IMG/VR virus record: IMGVR_UViG_3300029250_000344 | Length of the DNA stretch: 64,000 bases | Source of the DNA: a virus | Strand: one strand, 5' to 3' | In this document: positions 28,593 to 38,213 of the stretch, piece by piece | Layout: every line of letters starts with the position of its first letter | Numbering within the stretch: the first letter of the stretch is position 1 | Notes under the pieces: generated by a model | Database searches by the model: none | The model's input: only the letters and a program-made list of their open reading frames with translations | What the model was told of the DNA's origin: nothing | Made by a program: the position numbers and the translations under genes

Positions 28593-29186
28593 TTATACCC
28601 CCTCATCGAGCCGCTCAATCTCTGCTTCAAGTTCAGCCTTTTTGTATATGGCAATAGCGCGACGCATATCATTTATGGCCTGTTTATATATATTACCAAA
28701 GTCTTTATACAGCTTATACCCATTTTCGACGGAGAAGATATAGTCATTATTTACACCATCCCAATCTATAGGGTTATATTCCTGTATGCGCTTTAGAAAA
28801 TTAACCCAAACATCTTCGGCTTCTGCTTTATAGGCATAGGCGGAACTCGCGCATAAATTCAATCGCCCACAACCTCCACAACCAAAATGAATATACCATT
28901 TACTATCATTCAGCGTTTGATGTGTAGTTTTATTTGTAAGTCTGTAATTATGAACTACGTCAAAGCAAAAACTACAATAATGGCGCTTTAGCTTAATCAT
29001 ATGCCAACCATCGACAGACATTTCCTCCGGTGGAATATCGCACTCTATTGCAGCAGACAGTAGTTCTACTACTTGTTGAGGTGTCTGCCCGTTGTATTCT
29101 TTTGTCAACACCTTTGTGTCCTTAACAATTCTTTTAGCAATGGATAGATGTTTTTCCAACTGCTTCTTATTAACCATTCCCAACAT
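28593..29186 (-). CDS. hypothetical protein
   Basis: ORF. Confidence 0.45.
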   Translation of the reverse strand: MLGMVNKKQLEKHLSIAKRIVKDTKVLTKEYNGQTPQQVVELLSAAIECDIPPEEMSVDGWHMIKLKRHYCSFCFDVVHNYRLTNKTTHQTLNDSKWYIHFGCGGCGRLNLCASSAYAYKAEAEDVWVNFLKRIQEYNPIDWDGVNNDYIFSVENGYKLYKDFGNIYKQAINDMRRAIAIYKKAELEAEIERLDEGV

Positions 29187-29514
29187 CCCCTCCCTTGTAT
29201 TTCGGCATCTCGGCCCAATTTGTCACTTCACACTCTTCACACAAAGCATGACAAAACCATGTTCCTTTGGGGGTTAAAAAACATTCACGCGAAGTAGGGA
29301 ACGGATCTTGACTTGGTATATGTCCTATCACTGACACATACTCCGGGGGTGGGTTACTTGGGGCGTCGTGCCAAGTTACGACCTGTTTACTAAGCTCCTC
29401 TATGACATCGGCAGCTTCCGCACATATATCACGTTTTCGAAGACTGACGCTATTTGTGTGCGATATTTCTCGCAAGCTCTTTATAAGTTCCTCTTTGTTC
29501 ATTAAGTGGGGCAA
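29170..29514 (-). CDS. hypothetical protein (TTG start)
   Basis: ORF. Confidence 0.4.
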   Translation of the reverse strand: MPHLMNKEELIKSLREISHTNSVSLRKRDICAEAADVIEELSKQVVTWHDAPSNPPPEYVSVIGHIPSQDPFPTSRECFLTPKGTWFCHALCEECEVTNWAEMPKYKGGDVGNG

Positions 29515-29637
29515 GGATACCCATAACTTTAGTCATGGGAGGAATTGCCCTTTTACTTCCTTTCTGTAATGTAATTCGTTGAAGCTTCTAATAGTCGCAG
29601 CTTTCTGTAGGACGCACTGTTAGAAACAACAGTGCCA

Positions 29638-30805
29638 TCAAACTTTTTTTAGAGCAAAATATCCTGATATGCGTCTGCCTGTGATAAAGCATTCTGTACC
29701 GTTATAGGATACTTTGTCCCAAAGGCGATAGCCTTTTACGATGTACGGTGCTTGATTAGCTTTGCGTATGCCGCCTTTCAGGATGGTTGCTTTATGCAAC
29801 TGCCTGTTATGGTGACGTACTGCTTTTGTGTAGTAGCAAGTACCACAAGGTATAGCCAATAGATTTTTACTAATGCATCGTGCATCATTGGTGTGGCTTT
29901 TAGAGATGCTGTTCTTTTCGCGTAAATACTTTGTTATGTAGCCGTAAGTCTCTTGCACAGGGATCTTTAGATTTTTGTGCAGGCGTTCCATAAGTGTCTT
30001 GCGCATAATGCCCATAAAGGCTGCATCTTGGAGAGGCTTTCCTCTCTTTTTGCCGTCAAGTGTTACCTTTCCAGCGTGTAGTGCTTTGTGACAAACTGTG
30101 CAAAGCACTACAAGATTGTTGGGTGCATTGCCACCTGTTCTACGGGTCTCGATGTGATGCACATGCAGCTTTATGCCTTTAGTTTTGGTAGAATGCGCTC
30201 CACAGCACTGGCAAGTGTTTTAGTACATACTGGCGTACATTGTACTCATCGTACATTTCACCAATCTGATAGTCTGTGCCAACTGGCATAGGTTTACCTT
30301 CCAGCATTGCTTTCAAACGTTGTGTGTCAAACTCTGCTGTCTCCACTCTGACGAGCGTAATAGGTAAAATGCGACATACGCGCTTAATGAGCGTAATGTG
30401 TTCCTGAATCTTAACCTCTACCGACGGCGCTAACCAGCCCTTATGTTTGCTATGCACCCTGTTGCTAAAACGCGGCGCACGATAGCGTGTTTTACGGTGC
30501 CGTCTGTTGCGTCTGAAAGCACGGCGTGCAGAAAGCAAATCGACCACATCATTGCGTGGAGTTGCTTCTTCACGATAGAGTTCGTACTTTTCAGTCGTAG
30601 CAGATATACCGATATGTTTGCTGCCTGCATCCACACCCAAAGTAACGGGTTGTTTGTATCCTGTACTTCCGTACAGAAGTTTGATTGTAAATGGTGTACG
30701 TTTTACAACGCTCGCCTTATTCTGCTTTAACAATAAGCGAGTCTTGCGTGGAGAACACGGCATCAAGGGTTCGCCGCGCTCGTTAAGTACATACACATAT
30801 TGCAT
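29638..30805 (-). pseudogene. iscB: iscB pseudogene (frameshift/stop in the HNH region)
   Basis: ORFs 30179..30805 and 29638..30162 together align to full-length IscB. About 13 nt are missing between ...VRQYVL and CQCCG, which shifts the frame. PLMP, RuvC-I/II/III and the second half of HNH are retained. Confidence 0.75.
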
Positions 30806-31125
30806 GACGCCATGCCCCTTTCTTAGTGTGACAGCTAATGATAAGCTGTCCTCTCCTCCGAAGAAGAGTTAGAATCCTTCCCCAATGTCATAAGCGGTTT
30901 AATGCAGCCACACCTGTTGTCTTTGCCTCGGATTTCTTTGATGTGTTGCCTTAGAGCGTGCAGTTAGGATTGACGCCACACGGTAACTATCTATTCGCCT
31001 ATAACGTAGTGCAGCATACAGCACGAGGCTATAGCTGAGGGTAGTCAACACACCCTTTCGGGCGCGGCTGAAGTTACAGACTCACGTTTCCACAAGCCCG
31101 CGACTTCAGTCGTGGGTTATTGACT
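30806..31125 (-). ncRNA. candidate omegaRNA, copy 2
   Basis: 5' leader of the iscB pseudogene. Shares conserved blocks and the covarying hairpin with 10010-10297. Confidence 0.45.
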
Positions 31126-31541
31126 TCCTCAAAAGGCTTAACCTCCGGCTCGACATGACCACTGATTGTCATATCATCACGTCTCCGTGGTGTATACACG
31201 CGCTCCTGTTGCTTGTTATATAGTTTTCTGGCATTGCCTTGTATCTGTGTGAGGCGGTTCTTAAATGCTGATTGACTTTGAAGATAAGTGTAAAGCTCGT
31301 TTAGTAGTTCGTTTTCCTCCTTGGCTTTGCGCCGTCGCTGTCGTGCCTCCCGCAATTCCTTATATATAACGTATCCTTCGCGAGCATTCTTGGGTTTACC
31401 GAGTTCGATTTCATGCAGCAAGTCGTTTATTTCCCCGTTTACCTGCTCCAACTCGGTCTCATTGGCACGATACGCTGACGCCACACTGTCATATATCTGC
31501 GTGATGGTTGTAGCATACCTGTCAACGATATTAGAACTCAT
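31074..31541 (-). CDS. hypothetical protein; C-terminal codons lie in the IS end
   Basis: ORF. Confidence 0.4.
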   Translation of the reverse strand: MSSNIVDRYATTITQIYDSVASAYRANETELEQVNGEINDLLHEIELGKPKNAREGYVIYKELREARQRRRKAKEENELLNELYTYLQSQSAFKNRLTQIQGNARKLYNKQQERVYTPRRRDDMTISGHVEPEVKPFEEVNNPRLKSRACGNVSL

Positions 31542-32313
31542 AATTCCTTATCCGCTTATCACCCGGTGCAACACGGTTGTAATGCCGCCATATCTCGCAG
31601 GCCACTGACGTGCGGGATTCGCCATCACCAAGCACCTTAGCCCTTGCAATCAGCGAACGGGGCTCAATCCCTTTCATGGCTTTCACTAATATCTTCTCAT
31701 CTATTTGGTCATAATAATATTTATAAAACAGAGACATGCCGGACATCATAGCCTGTCCTACGGCGTTCCTGTCCTGCGGCCAGAGCTTGTTGAGCATGAT
31801 GAGCATAGACTGGAACTTAGCCTTACCCAATTCTTTATAAGCTCGCTCCATGGCTCTAACGGCGCTTATCTGCACAGCGCCCTTGATAGTTCCACAGGAT
31901 GTACCGCAAGCATAACCGGCCTTACGTACAGCTTGCATCATGTCGAGAGCGATGGGTTCCTTAGCCTCCATACGGGCATTCAGCATAGGCTTGGCAGATA
32001 CAACAGCGCGTTTATTATTGAATTCAATAAACAACTTAGCCTCGTCCTCATAAGACAACCCTTCCAGCACCTGACACAGATGGCCCTTGAGGCCACGCAT
32101 CTGCATGGCTATCATGCGGTGATGGCCATCGATTACAACATACGTGCCGTCAGTCCTATGTGACACCAGCAGAGTGCCTACCATATCTGGATTGAAATGC
32201 TCTTTAATGTACTTACAACGCGAGTAATTGATTGGTCTCTGATAAGCAGCGCAACTAATGTCCGAGAACATTAAGGTCTTGAATACGGCGGTTTTCTTTT
32301 CCTGAGCTTCCAT
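31531..32313 (-). CDS. ParB-like nuclease domain protein
   Basis: VIDGHHRMIAM (DGxHR) motif. Confidence 0.55.
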   Translation of the reverse strand: MEAQEKKTAVFKTLMFSDISCAAYQRPINYSRCKYIKEHFNPDMVGTLLVSHRTDGTYVVIDGHHRMIAMQMRGLKGHLCQVLEGLSYEDEAKLFIEFNNKRAVVSAKPMLNARMEAKEPIALDMMQAVRKAGYACGTSCGTIKGAVQISAVRAMERAYKELGKAKFQSMLIMLNKLWPQDRNAVGQAMMSGMSLFYKYYYDQIDEKILVKAMKGIEPRSLIARAKVLGDGESRTSVACEIWRHYNRVAPGDKRIRNYEF

Positions 32314-32316
32314 GGT

Positions 32317-33759
32317 TTACGCAATTCCTTTCAATTTGGTTTTGATGATGTTGAAATTATCTTCCATTCCACGCACAAAACTACATACAGCATCAACGTC
32401 GCCGTCTTTACTATTTACATTTAAGACTTCGGATAAAGCATAATGTTGGATTTGTTCGGAAACTTCTGACAGATAACGCAGCAGGGTCGGCATCGAGTAC
32501 GGCGTGTCAAACTGGGCGATATTGCTGGCGGAAGATTTCTCAACCTCCGCCGCAACAGCCTTCAGGTCTTTTACCTGACAGCGTAACTCGGCGATTTCCC
32601 TGTCTTTTTCTGCACTTATTCTATCATATTTTTCCTTTTCTATGTCTCTGTCTGCCTGTGCTTTGTCTAAGTCATCAAGCAAATCATTAACCTGACTGGC
32701 TGCTTCGGACAGCTTGGTATCAAGCCGTTGCACCTGCGTTTCCAACTTACACTTTTCTGCTTGCAATGACTGCGAAAGCTGACGCTCACGCTCGCTTTGT
32801 TCGTATAACTTCTTCATAGCGGGATCGCGTTTGGTGCGTAGCTCCTTAACTGTATTTTCCAACTCGATCACCCTCTGAGCCTTTGCATCGTTATCGTCAT
32901 TTAACTCCGCTATATCTTTACGGTTTTGCTGTTTTATTTCAGCAATTTGCTTGTCATACTCCCGTTGCTGTTGCTCCAGCATATCTATATATCGCTTTGC
33001 TTCGCTGGCGGTTAAACGTTGCTTAGTGCCATCTGGCAAAGACTCCAGCAGCTCTGTCTGCTTATCAGATGGGAGTTTGGCAATGATACGAGACGCCACA
33101 GATGCAGACACGTTTCCTGCCTCTAAAAGCTCCTGCCAATCAGGGTTGAGGTCTGCAAGAGATTTGAATTTCCGATACGATTCATAATCTATACCTGCCG
33201 CCGCACAAACCTCTGCTGTAGTTTGCGGAGAGTTTGCCAGTTGGGACAATGTCCCAACTGCCACCTTACCACCCGTATGCTGATTTCCTCTGTCCCCTCC
33301 GTTTTGCACCCCATATATCCTTCTCAGTTCGTCTACCCTATGTATTGCCTTAAGTTCGCTGCCACCTATTTCCCCGCGCTGACGGACATTGGTCTCAATC
33401 AAATCCTTTAATATCCAGTCTTCCTTGCTGCGGCCATCCTTATCGGCGTAATACCGCACATCGCACATCACAGTTTCAATTCCCTCGTCTATGCAACCGC
33501 GACGGCGTTGATGGCCGGACACAATAATCATATCCTGCGTCACAATCAGCGGCTCGATAACCCCGCTTGTGCGGATACTTTCACGAAATTCCTCGTACTT
33601 CTGCCCTGTCATGTCATCAAAGAAATACTCATTCTTTGGGTGCGGTTTTAAGTCTTGTACCTTTAACGCCTGCATTTGTTCGTCCTCCCCGTTTTTAGAA
33701 CTTTCGTTCGTATTTATCGTGTTGCTATTGTATCTCATGTAGACACAAATTGCAAACAC
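32317..33759 (-). CDS. ParB/Spo0J-like protein with long coiled coil
   Basis: LKPHPKNEYFFDD...IVSGHQRRRG ParB N-terminal motifs, then a Gln/Glu-rich coiled coil. Confidence 0.6.
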   Translation of the reverse strand: MFAICVYMRYNSNTINTNESSKNGEDEQMQALKVQDLKPHPKNEYFFDDMTGQKYEEFRESIRTSGVIEPLIVTQDMIIVSGHQRRRGCIDEGIETVMCDVRYYADKDGRSKEDWILKDLIETNVRQRGEIGGSELKAIHRVDELRRIYGVQNGGDRGNQHTGGKVAVGTLSQLANSPQTTAEVCAAAGIDYESYRKFKSLADLNPDWQELLEAGNVSASVASRIIAKLPSDKQTELLESLPDGTKQRLTASEAKRYIDMLEQQQREYDKQIAEIKQQNRKDIAELNDDNDAKAQRVIELENTVKELRTKRDPAMKKLYEQSERERQLSQSLQAEKCKLETQVQRLDTKLSEAASQVNDLLDDLDKAQADRDIEKEKYDRISAEKDREIAELRCQVKDLKAVAAEVEKSSASNIAQFDTPYSMPTLLRYLSEVSEQIQHYALSEVLNVNSKDGDVDAVCSFVRGMEDNFNIIKTKLKGIA

Positions 33760-33765
33760 AAAATT

Positions 33766-33969
33766 CTAAAGTTTCTCAACAGTAAATAATTGGTCGACAT
33801 CAACCCGCAAAGCCCGCGCTATAGCCACCAATGTGGACAGCTTAGGATCGGTCACATCGTTTTCGATATTATTCAGCGCCGATATGCTTACTCCGCAACG
33901 GCGCGATAGCTGCGGGAGCGACATCCCGCGCAAGGTTCTTAGTTCAAACAAATTACTTCTAACAATCAT
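33766..33969 (-). CDS. XRE-family HTH transcriptional regulator
   Basis: LRGMSLPQLSRRCGVSISALNNIEN helix-turn-helix. Confidence 0.65.
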   Translation of the reverse strand: MIVRSNLFELRTLRGMSLPQLSRRCGVSISALNNIENDVTDPKLSTLVAIARALRVDVDQLFTVEKL

Positions 33970-34062
33970 GTAGTTAGCGTTTGCGTTCCCGCTTGACTAC
34001 ATTCTATCAGACTTGCCTTTCTCTTCAGAAAAAGATTAACATAAAAAGAAGGGACTGCCATC

Positions 34063-34102
34063 TCGACAGCCTCTTCAGATTATATCACAAAAAAATAGCC
34101 TA
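34063..34102 (-). promoter_or_regulatory. candidate extended -10 promoter for the XRE gene, flanked by direct repeats CTCTTCAG
   Basis: TGaTATAAT on the minus strand (plus 34071-34079). CTCTTCAG repeats at 34014 and 34067. Confidence 0.35.
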
Positions 34103-34157
34103 TGTTATATCCCAATTCAGCGGCGGCATCTGCTATGCTCTCGCAGTCTTCTTGACA

Positions 34158-34928
34158 CTATAACTTTACCGTTATCTTTGCGCCTTTTACCATCGGCCAC
34201 CCGATCATCAGTACCAGACTTGACAAGAGTATGCCCCAGACCAGATAACGCACTCCAGCATTGTAATCGCTGTCCATATGAGCACACTCATTGATAGCCT
34301 TTGTAATATCGGGATGCGGATAGAAGGACAACTGGCTGAACTGCGCTACCAACTCGTTCTTAACTATTGCCATTTTGACTATGCCCACGACTATCAGGCT
34401 CAAGCAGAGCGTCAAGACAATAGCGAATATTATTTTGTTCTTATCCGCCGCCTTCTTCGAGGCCACCTGCGCTTCATGGATTATCTTCTTAGTTCTCTCA
34501 ATCCGCGCCAAAATGATTTCCGGTTTGTGTATGCGCAGCCACTCGTTTGCATCCGCACCATACGACCTGTTGTACTGCAAAAAGCAATTATAAGTGTGCC
34601 GATTGAACGAACCCCACGCATCCATGGGCTTACAGCCGTTTTCCAGCATACATTGCGCGGCCAAGGCATCGAAGTAAGCTTCCCTCGCGCTGTTGTTTTC
34701 CTCGAAGAATCCTTCCAGTCCTTCCGGTATGAAGTCACGCTTGCCGGTTTCCCACAGACTGCGAATGTCATGCTGCAACATACGCTCCACTTCCGGATTG
34801 GTGGGCCAGAATACACCCTCGTCATCCATGCGGTTGGCGTTGCGGTATATGTTGGCGTTCGTCTTGATGCTATCCGCCGCAAAGTACGCGCCGCTTGCCA
34901 ATAAAGTTGCTAATGCTCCTGCTATCAT
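34158..34928 (-). CDS. membrane protein (hypothetical)
   Basis: Several TM helices. Confidence 0.45.
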   Translation of the reverse strand: MIAGALATLLASGAYFAADSIKTNANIYRNANRMDDEGVFWPTNPEVERMLQHDIRSLWETGKRDFIPEGLEGFFEENNSAREAYFDALAAQCMLENGCKPMDAWGSFNRHTYNCFLQYNRSYGADANEWLRIHKPEIILARIERTKKIIHEAQVASKKAADKNKIIFAIVLTLCLSLIVVGIVKMAIVKNELVAQFSQLSFYPHPDITKAINECAHMDSDYNAGVRYLVWGILLSSLVLMIGWPMVKGAKITVKL

Positions 34929-34939
34929 AATGCCTCCTC

Positions 34940-35293
34940 CTAACTCAGCCAGATTTCACGCTTGATTGCATTCTGAACGGCTTCTTGCTGCTCTGTTCTG
35001 GGTGTAAATTCGCTGGTTGTCGGGCGAAAAGTCTCCACGTCAAACAGAACACAGTCCCACGTTTCCACTTGGTATTTCACCTTTGGCGGGCGCACCAGCA
35101 CATAGTACGGTTTGAACGGGCCATTGCCGAACATATCCGTGGCCAGCATCATCGCCCTGTTTATTACCCGCATGAGCGCCTTATCTTCTCCGAAATACTT
35201 CAGCATCTCCGGGTCGAAGTAGTGCCCGTCAGGGTTGTGACGATAATACTCAGCTATAAACGACTCTAATGAATCAAACGGCACATCCGTCAT
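34940..35293 (-). CDS. hypothetical protein
   Basis: ORF. Confidence 0.4.
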   Translation of the reverse strand: MTDVPFDSLESFIAEYYRHNPDGHYFDPEMLKYFGEDKALMRVINRAMMLATDMFGNGPFKPYYVLVRPPKVKYQVETWDCVLFDVETFRPTTSEFTPRTEQQEAVQNAIKREIWLS

Positions 35294-35544
35294 AGAATTT
35301 CCTCCAACAGGCTTACGGCCTCATTCAGTGAGCTTATGCCATCATCTATATTAGATACAGCATCCTCCATGGTGTCCACAGCCGTTTCCATATTCTCATA
35401 TATTTCCGTTCCCTGTAAATTCTCAGGATAGTTGCACATAGAATCTTCTTCTTCGTCCTTAACTTGATTTACTATATCCAGCGCTGTTTCTATAATCTCA
35501 ATAGCCCTGCGCAATTCTTTCCTACGTTTGTTATTCATTAGCAA
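35290..35544 (-). CDS. hypothetical acidic protein
   Basis: ORF. Confidence 0.4.
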   Translation of the reverse strand: MLMNNKRRKELRRAIEIIETALDIVNQVKDEEEDSMCNYPENLQGTEIYENMETAVDTMEDAVSNIDDGISSLNEAVSLLEEIL

Positions 35545-35837
35545 CTCCTCATATCAGATATAACAGTCGGCTCGAACCCATCCTCTTGTTCCCAGAATCT
35601 TTCCACAGATAGGTCTGCCATCGCGGCAACACGACCAAGGCATTTCCCATAACGTTCAGCAACGTCCATTGTGGCATAGTGTGCATCACTAAAATAATTG
35701 TCTTGATTAGATGTACTGGCTCCGTCTTCGCGTGTTCTGTATACAGCGTTTTCCCTGTCCACCTCCAATAGTACAACCCTGTCTCCGTCATTCACCTGTA
35801 ATATAATCTCATATACGTTTTCCATAAACTTTAACAT
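35538..35837 (-). CDS. hypothetical protein
   Basis: ORF. Confidence 0.4.
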   Translation of the reverse strand: MLKFMENVYEIILQVNDGDRVVLLEVDRENAVYRTREDGASTSNQDNYFSDAHYATMDVAERYGKCLGRVAAMADLSVERFWEQEDGFEPTVISDMRSC

Positions 35838-35863
35838 ACCTTTCCTTTTTATTATTATTTAGC

Positions 35864-35890
35864 ACAAAAAAGAGGGCGGAATCCGCCCCT
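35864..35890 (-). terminator. intrinsic terminator on minus strand
   Basis: GGGCGG-AAT-CCGCCC stem followed by a T-run on the minus strand. Confidence 0.55.
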
Positions 35891-35894
35891 TCAA

Positions 35895-35972
35895 TCAATT
35901 CGACAGCAACGTCAGTATGACGATTACAATTATCCATGCAATTAATCGTTTGGGATAGAATTCAAAATACAT
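35895..35972 (-). CDS. 25-aa hydrophobic peptide MYFEFYPKRLIAWIIVIVILTLLSN (copy A)
   Basis: RBS AGGAGGG with an 8-nt spacer. A paralog at 39785-39862 differs almost only by synonymous changes. Confidence 0.55.
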   Translation of the reverse strand: MYFEFYPKRLIAWIIVIVILTLLSN

Positions 35973-36150
35973 TTCCAACACCCTCCTATTTGCATTACAG
36001 AAGCCTGAGCTCCGTTTATTTATTAGCATTGTACCATATTGTTTACAATTTGTATAGATATCCCTTTATTTTTCATGCGTTGAAGTTGCACAAAATGTGC
36101 CATAACTCTCATATTTTTACATTTATAAACGCATATTCTGGTTTTGTGTG

Positions 36151-36384
36151 TTAAAACCACCTTTCCCATTCTCTCCGGCGTTCCTTTCTGCGCCACACGC
36201 CGCGCTTGCTGCCCTTCACTGGGTCGAAGCCGACTATGCACAGCCGCAACTGTTTGCTTATTGATACCGTGCCGCGCACTCCGTCCCACTGCACGATTAT
36301 CTCTCCGGTGTTTCGCACATGACCCACAATCGTGCCGGTGCGTGTGCTGTCGTCTGCTAATGCAATTCGTGTGCCTTGATACAT
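36151..36384 (-). CDS. hypothetical small protein
   Basis: RBS GGGAGGAG. The overlapping Arg-rich ORF 36023..36406 is judged spurious. Confidence 0.35.
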   Translation of the reverse strand: MYQGTRIALADDSTRTGTIVGHVRNTGEIIVQWDGVRGTVSISKQLRLCIVGFDPVKGSKRGVWRRKERRREWERWF

Positions 36385-36439
36385 AATTCGCTCCTCCCTG
36401 CAACATATAAAAAGAACCGCTATCTGCGGTTCCTAATCC

Positions 36440-36898
36440 TTAGCACGCTCGACACACCGAGCCGCCATTATTTCTGATTATTATTTCCCCGTACTTAGAA
36501 TCGTATGGTTCGTTTGCGTTCTTGGTACAACCGAATGCTCGCCAGAGTATGTCGCCATTTTCCTTGCCAGGCTGTTCGTCCATTTGCGGCAAATCGTCTG
36601 GGGATTCATTTGTTACCAGCAGATACGTAAACCTTTCCTTGCGCTCTTCATCTTTCATCTTATAACAGTCATGTATAAAGAACCAGACTACTGCGTCATT
36701 TCCAAATTCTGCTTCCACATTATGTATCGCCTCTTGCGCCTCTGGAACCAGTCCTGATTCCCTAAATCTGAGCACGGGAACACCTATTGAATAACTATCC
36801 GGATCGTCCTCTACTGTGAACATTGAATACCCGCCTAAAAGCGTAACAAACATTCCCAACTGCCCCATATATCGGAATCCTTTTTCGATGTTTTCCAT
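36440..36898 (-). CDS. hypothetical protein
   Basis: ORF. Confidence 0.45.
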   Translation of the reverse strand: MENIEKGFRYMGQLGMFVTLLGGYSMFTVEDDPDSYSIGVPVLRFRESGLVPEAQEAIHNVEAEFGNDAVVWFFIHDCYKMKDEERKERFTYLLVTNESPDDLPQMDEQPGKENGDILWRAFGCTKNANEPYDSKYGEIIIRNNGGSVCRAC

Positions 36899-36899
36899 G

Positions 36900-37733
36900 T
36901 TAATCCTCCCCTAATTCATCCCGTAATGCCTGCGCAAAAGCCCAATCATAGTCCTTTGCCGACAGGTTACATATCTCTTTGATTTCCTCTGCCTCGATAC
37001 CTATGTAGCAAAGCGTTATGGCCTCGTTGCTGTGCCCCAATTCCTTACAGAGCATAGACAGCGCCCTATACCCACGTTCCCGACTCAGATGCTGTGCCTG
37101 CGTGTAGAAGCGATATGCATATGTTTTGCGCATAGTGTGGCTGCCGTACAACAGCGGATTCCACCCCAGCCGTTCTGCCGCCGGAACGATTATGTTGTCG
37201 TTGAGCGTTTTGCGGGTCAGGCATCCGCCCTTCTGTGAGCCGAACAGGAAATCTTCGCTTGCCAGATGCATATCATCCGTGTACTGGGCGACCATCGCCG
37301 CCACCTCGTCGCTTATCTTCAGCTCCCTGCCCTTGCCGGTTTTCTGCTCGATGACATACACCGTATCCTTCGGGCTGCCGTCCTTGCCAATGAACTGCCC
37401 GGCCTTGAGCTGCACCAAATCCCCGCCGCGCAAGCCAACGTTACACCCAAGCCGGAACAGAACCAAATTTCTGTACGCGAGACGCCTGCGCTTAGTGTCC
37501 TGCAAAGCGTGTTCCATGGCGGTTATCTCGGCCATTGTTTTGAGCGGAACCTTTGTGTGCTTAGTCAGCGGCGCGTACTGTTGCTTGGTGCTGCGCAACT
37601 GTGGTCTTAACGCTTTGCCGCAATGTGAGCAGAAATTCGCCGTGCCCTCATTTTCCTCCCCGCACTTGGTGCAGATGAGTATGTACGGCGTTTCCACCAC
37701 TCGCGGCTTGAATTGTAATAAGTTACTTGGCAT
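36900..37733 (-). CDS. tyrosine recombinase (phage integrase family) with N-terminal zinc ribbon
   Basis: CTKCGEEN...CSHCG ribbon. R...HTMRKTYAYR...LGHSN...Y catalytic residues. Confidence 0.75.
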   Translation of the reverse strand: MPSNLLQFKPRVVETPYILICTKCGEENEGTANFCSHCGKALRPQLRSTKQQYAPLTKHTKVPLKTMAEITAMEHALQDTKRRRLAYRNLVLFRLGCNVGLRGGDLVQLKAGQFIGKDGSPKDTVYVIEQKTGKGRELKISDEVAAMVAQYTDDMHLASEDFLFGSQKGGCLTRKTLNDNIIVPAAERLGWNPLLYGSHTMRKTYAYRFYTQAQHLSRERGYRALSMLCKELGHSNEAITLCYIGIEAEEIKEICNLSAKDYDWAFAQALRDELGED

Positions 37734-37956
37734 CCTTTAACACCCCTTGCCGTTTTAATGAGTGGTCTACCTCAGTCCAAAAGTCGAATCCCGAATCCAA
37801 AGTAGATTCACATGCTTTATTGACATCCTCGTCTATTTTCTCCATTATGCCGTACAGTTGGTCTTCCTCATCTATCTCCATGCGGCCAGTACCTTCAAGA
37901 AAACCAAGATAATTTGCCACGCTTATGAGCGAGTGAGTATCCATATGGTATTTCAT
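37723..37956 (-). CDS. hypothetical acidic protein
   Basis: ORF, translationally coupled to its neighbours. Confidence 0.4.
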   Translation of the reverse strand: MKYHMDTHSLISVANYLGFLEGTGRMEIDEEDQLYGIMEKIDEDVNKACESTLDSGFDFWTEVDHSLKRQGVLKDAK

Positions 37957-38177
37957 GGTCGCATTATCTCCTCAATAAACGCCATCTTTTGAGCAAATGT
38001 TGCAACGGCCTGAATGATTTGCTGCGACATCACATCGAATGCTTTTACGGCGTACTTTAAGTTTTCTGGTGTGTATGGTATTGCCAAACACCCTAATCCG
38101 TGTTCCAGATACAGCTTGTCTGTCACGTTATTAAGATACAATGTCATTCCGCTTACGGGTTCTCTCTTAATTTCCAT
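37953..38177 (-). CDS. hypothetical protein
   Basis: ORF. Confidence 0.4.
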   Translation of the reverse strand: MEIKREPVSGMTLYLNNVTDKLYLEHGLGCLAIPYTPENLKYAVKAFDVMSQQIIQAVATFAQKMAFIEEIMRP

Positions 38178-38213
38178 TGCCTATGCCCTCCATGCTACCG
38201 CTAATTCTCTTGC

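Larger units (their letters stand above)
29520..31125 (-). mobile_element. second IscB-type OMEGA element, nuclease gene degenerate
   Basis: End hairpins CCCATAACTTTAGTCATGGG (29520-29539) and CCCGCGACTTCAGTCGTGGG (31097-31116) are homologous to those of the first element. Similar size, about 1.6 kb. Confidence 0.55.

Noticed and set aside
29607-29628. Perfect 8-bp hairpin GCACTGTT-AGAAAC-AACAGTGC just 3' of the iscB pseudogene, considered as a terminator.
   Set aside because: The T-run is on the plus strand and 9 nt away. Nothing on the plus strand is transcribed into it. Its function is unclear, though it may be internal IS structure.
36023-36406. 127-aa Arg-rich ORF on the minus strand.
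   Set aside because: Extreme Arg/His composition. It overlaps a better-supported 77-aa ORF (36151..36384) that has a strong RBS.
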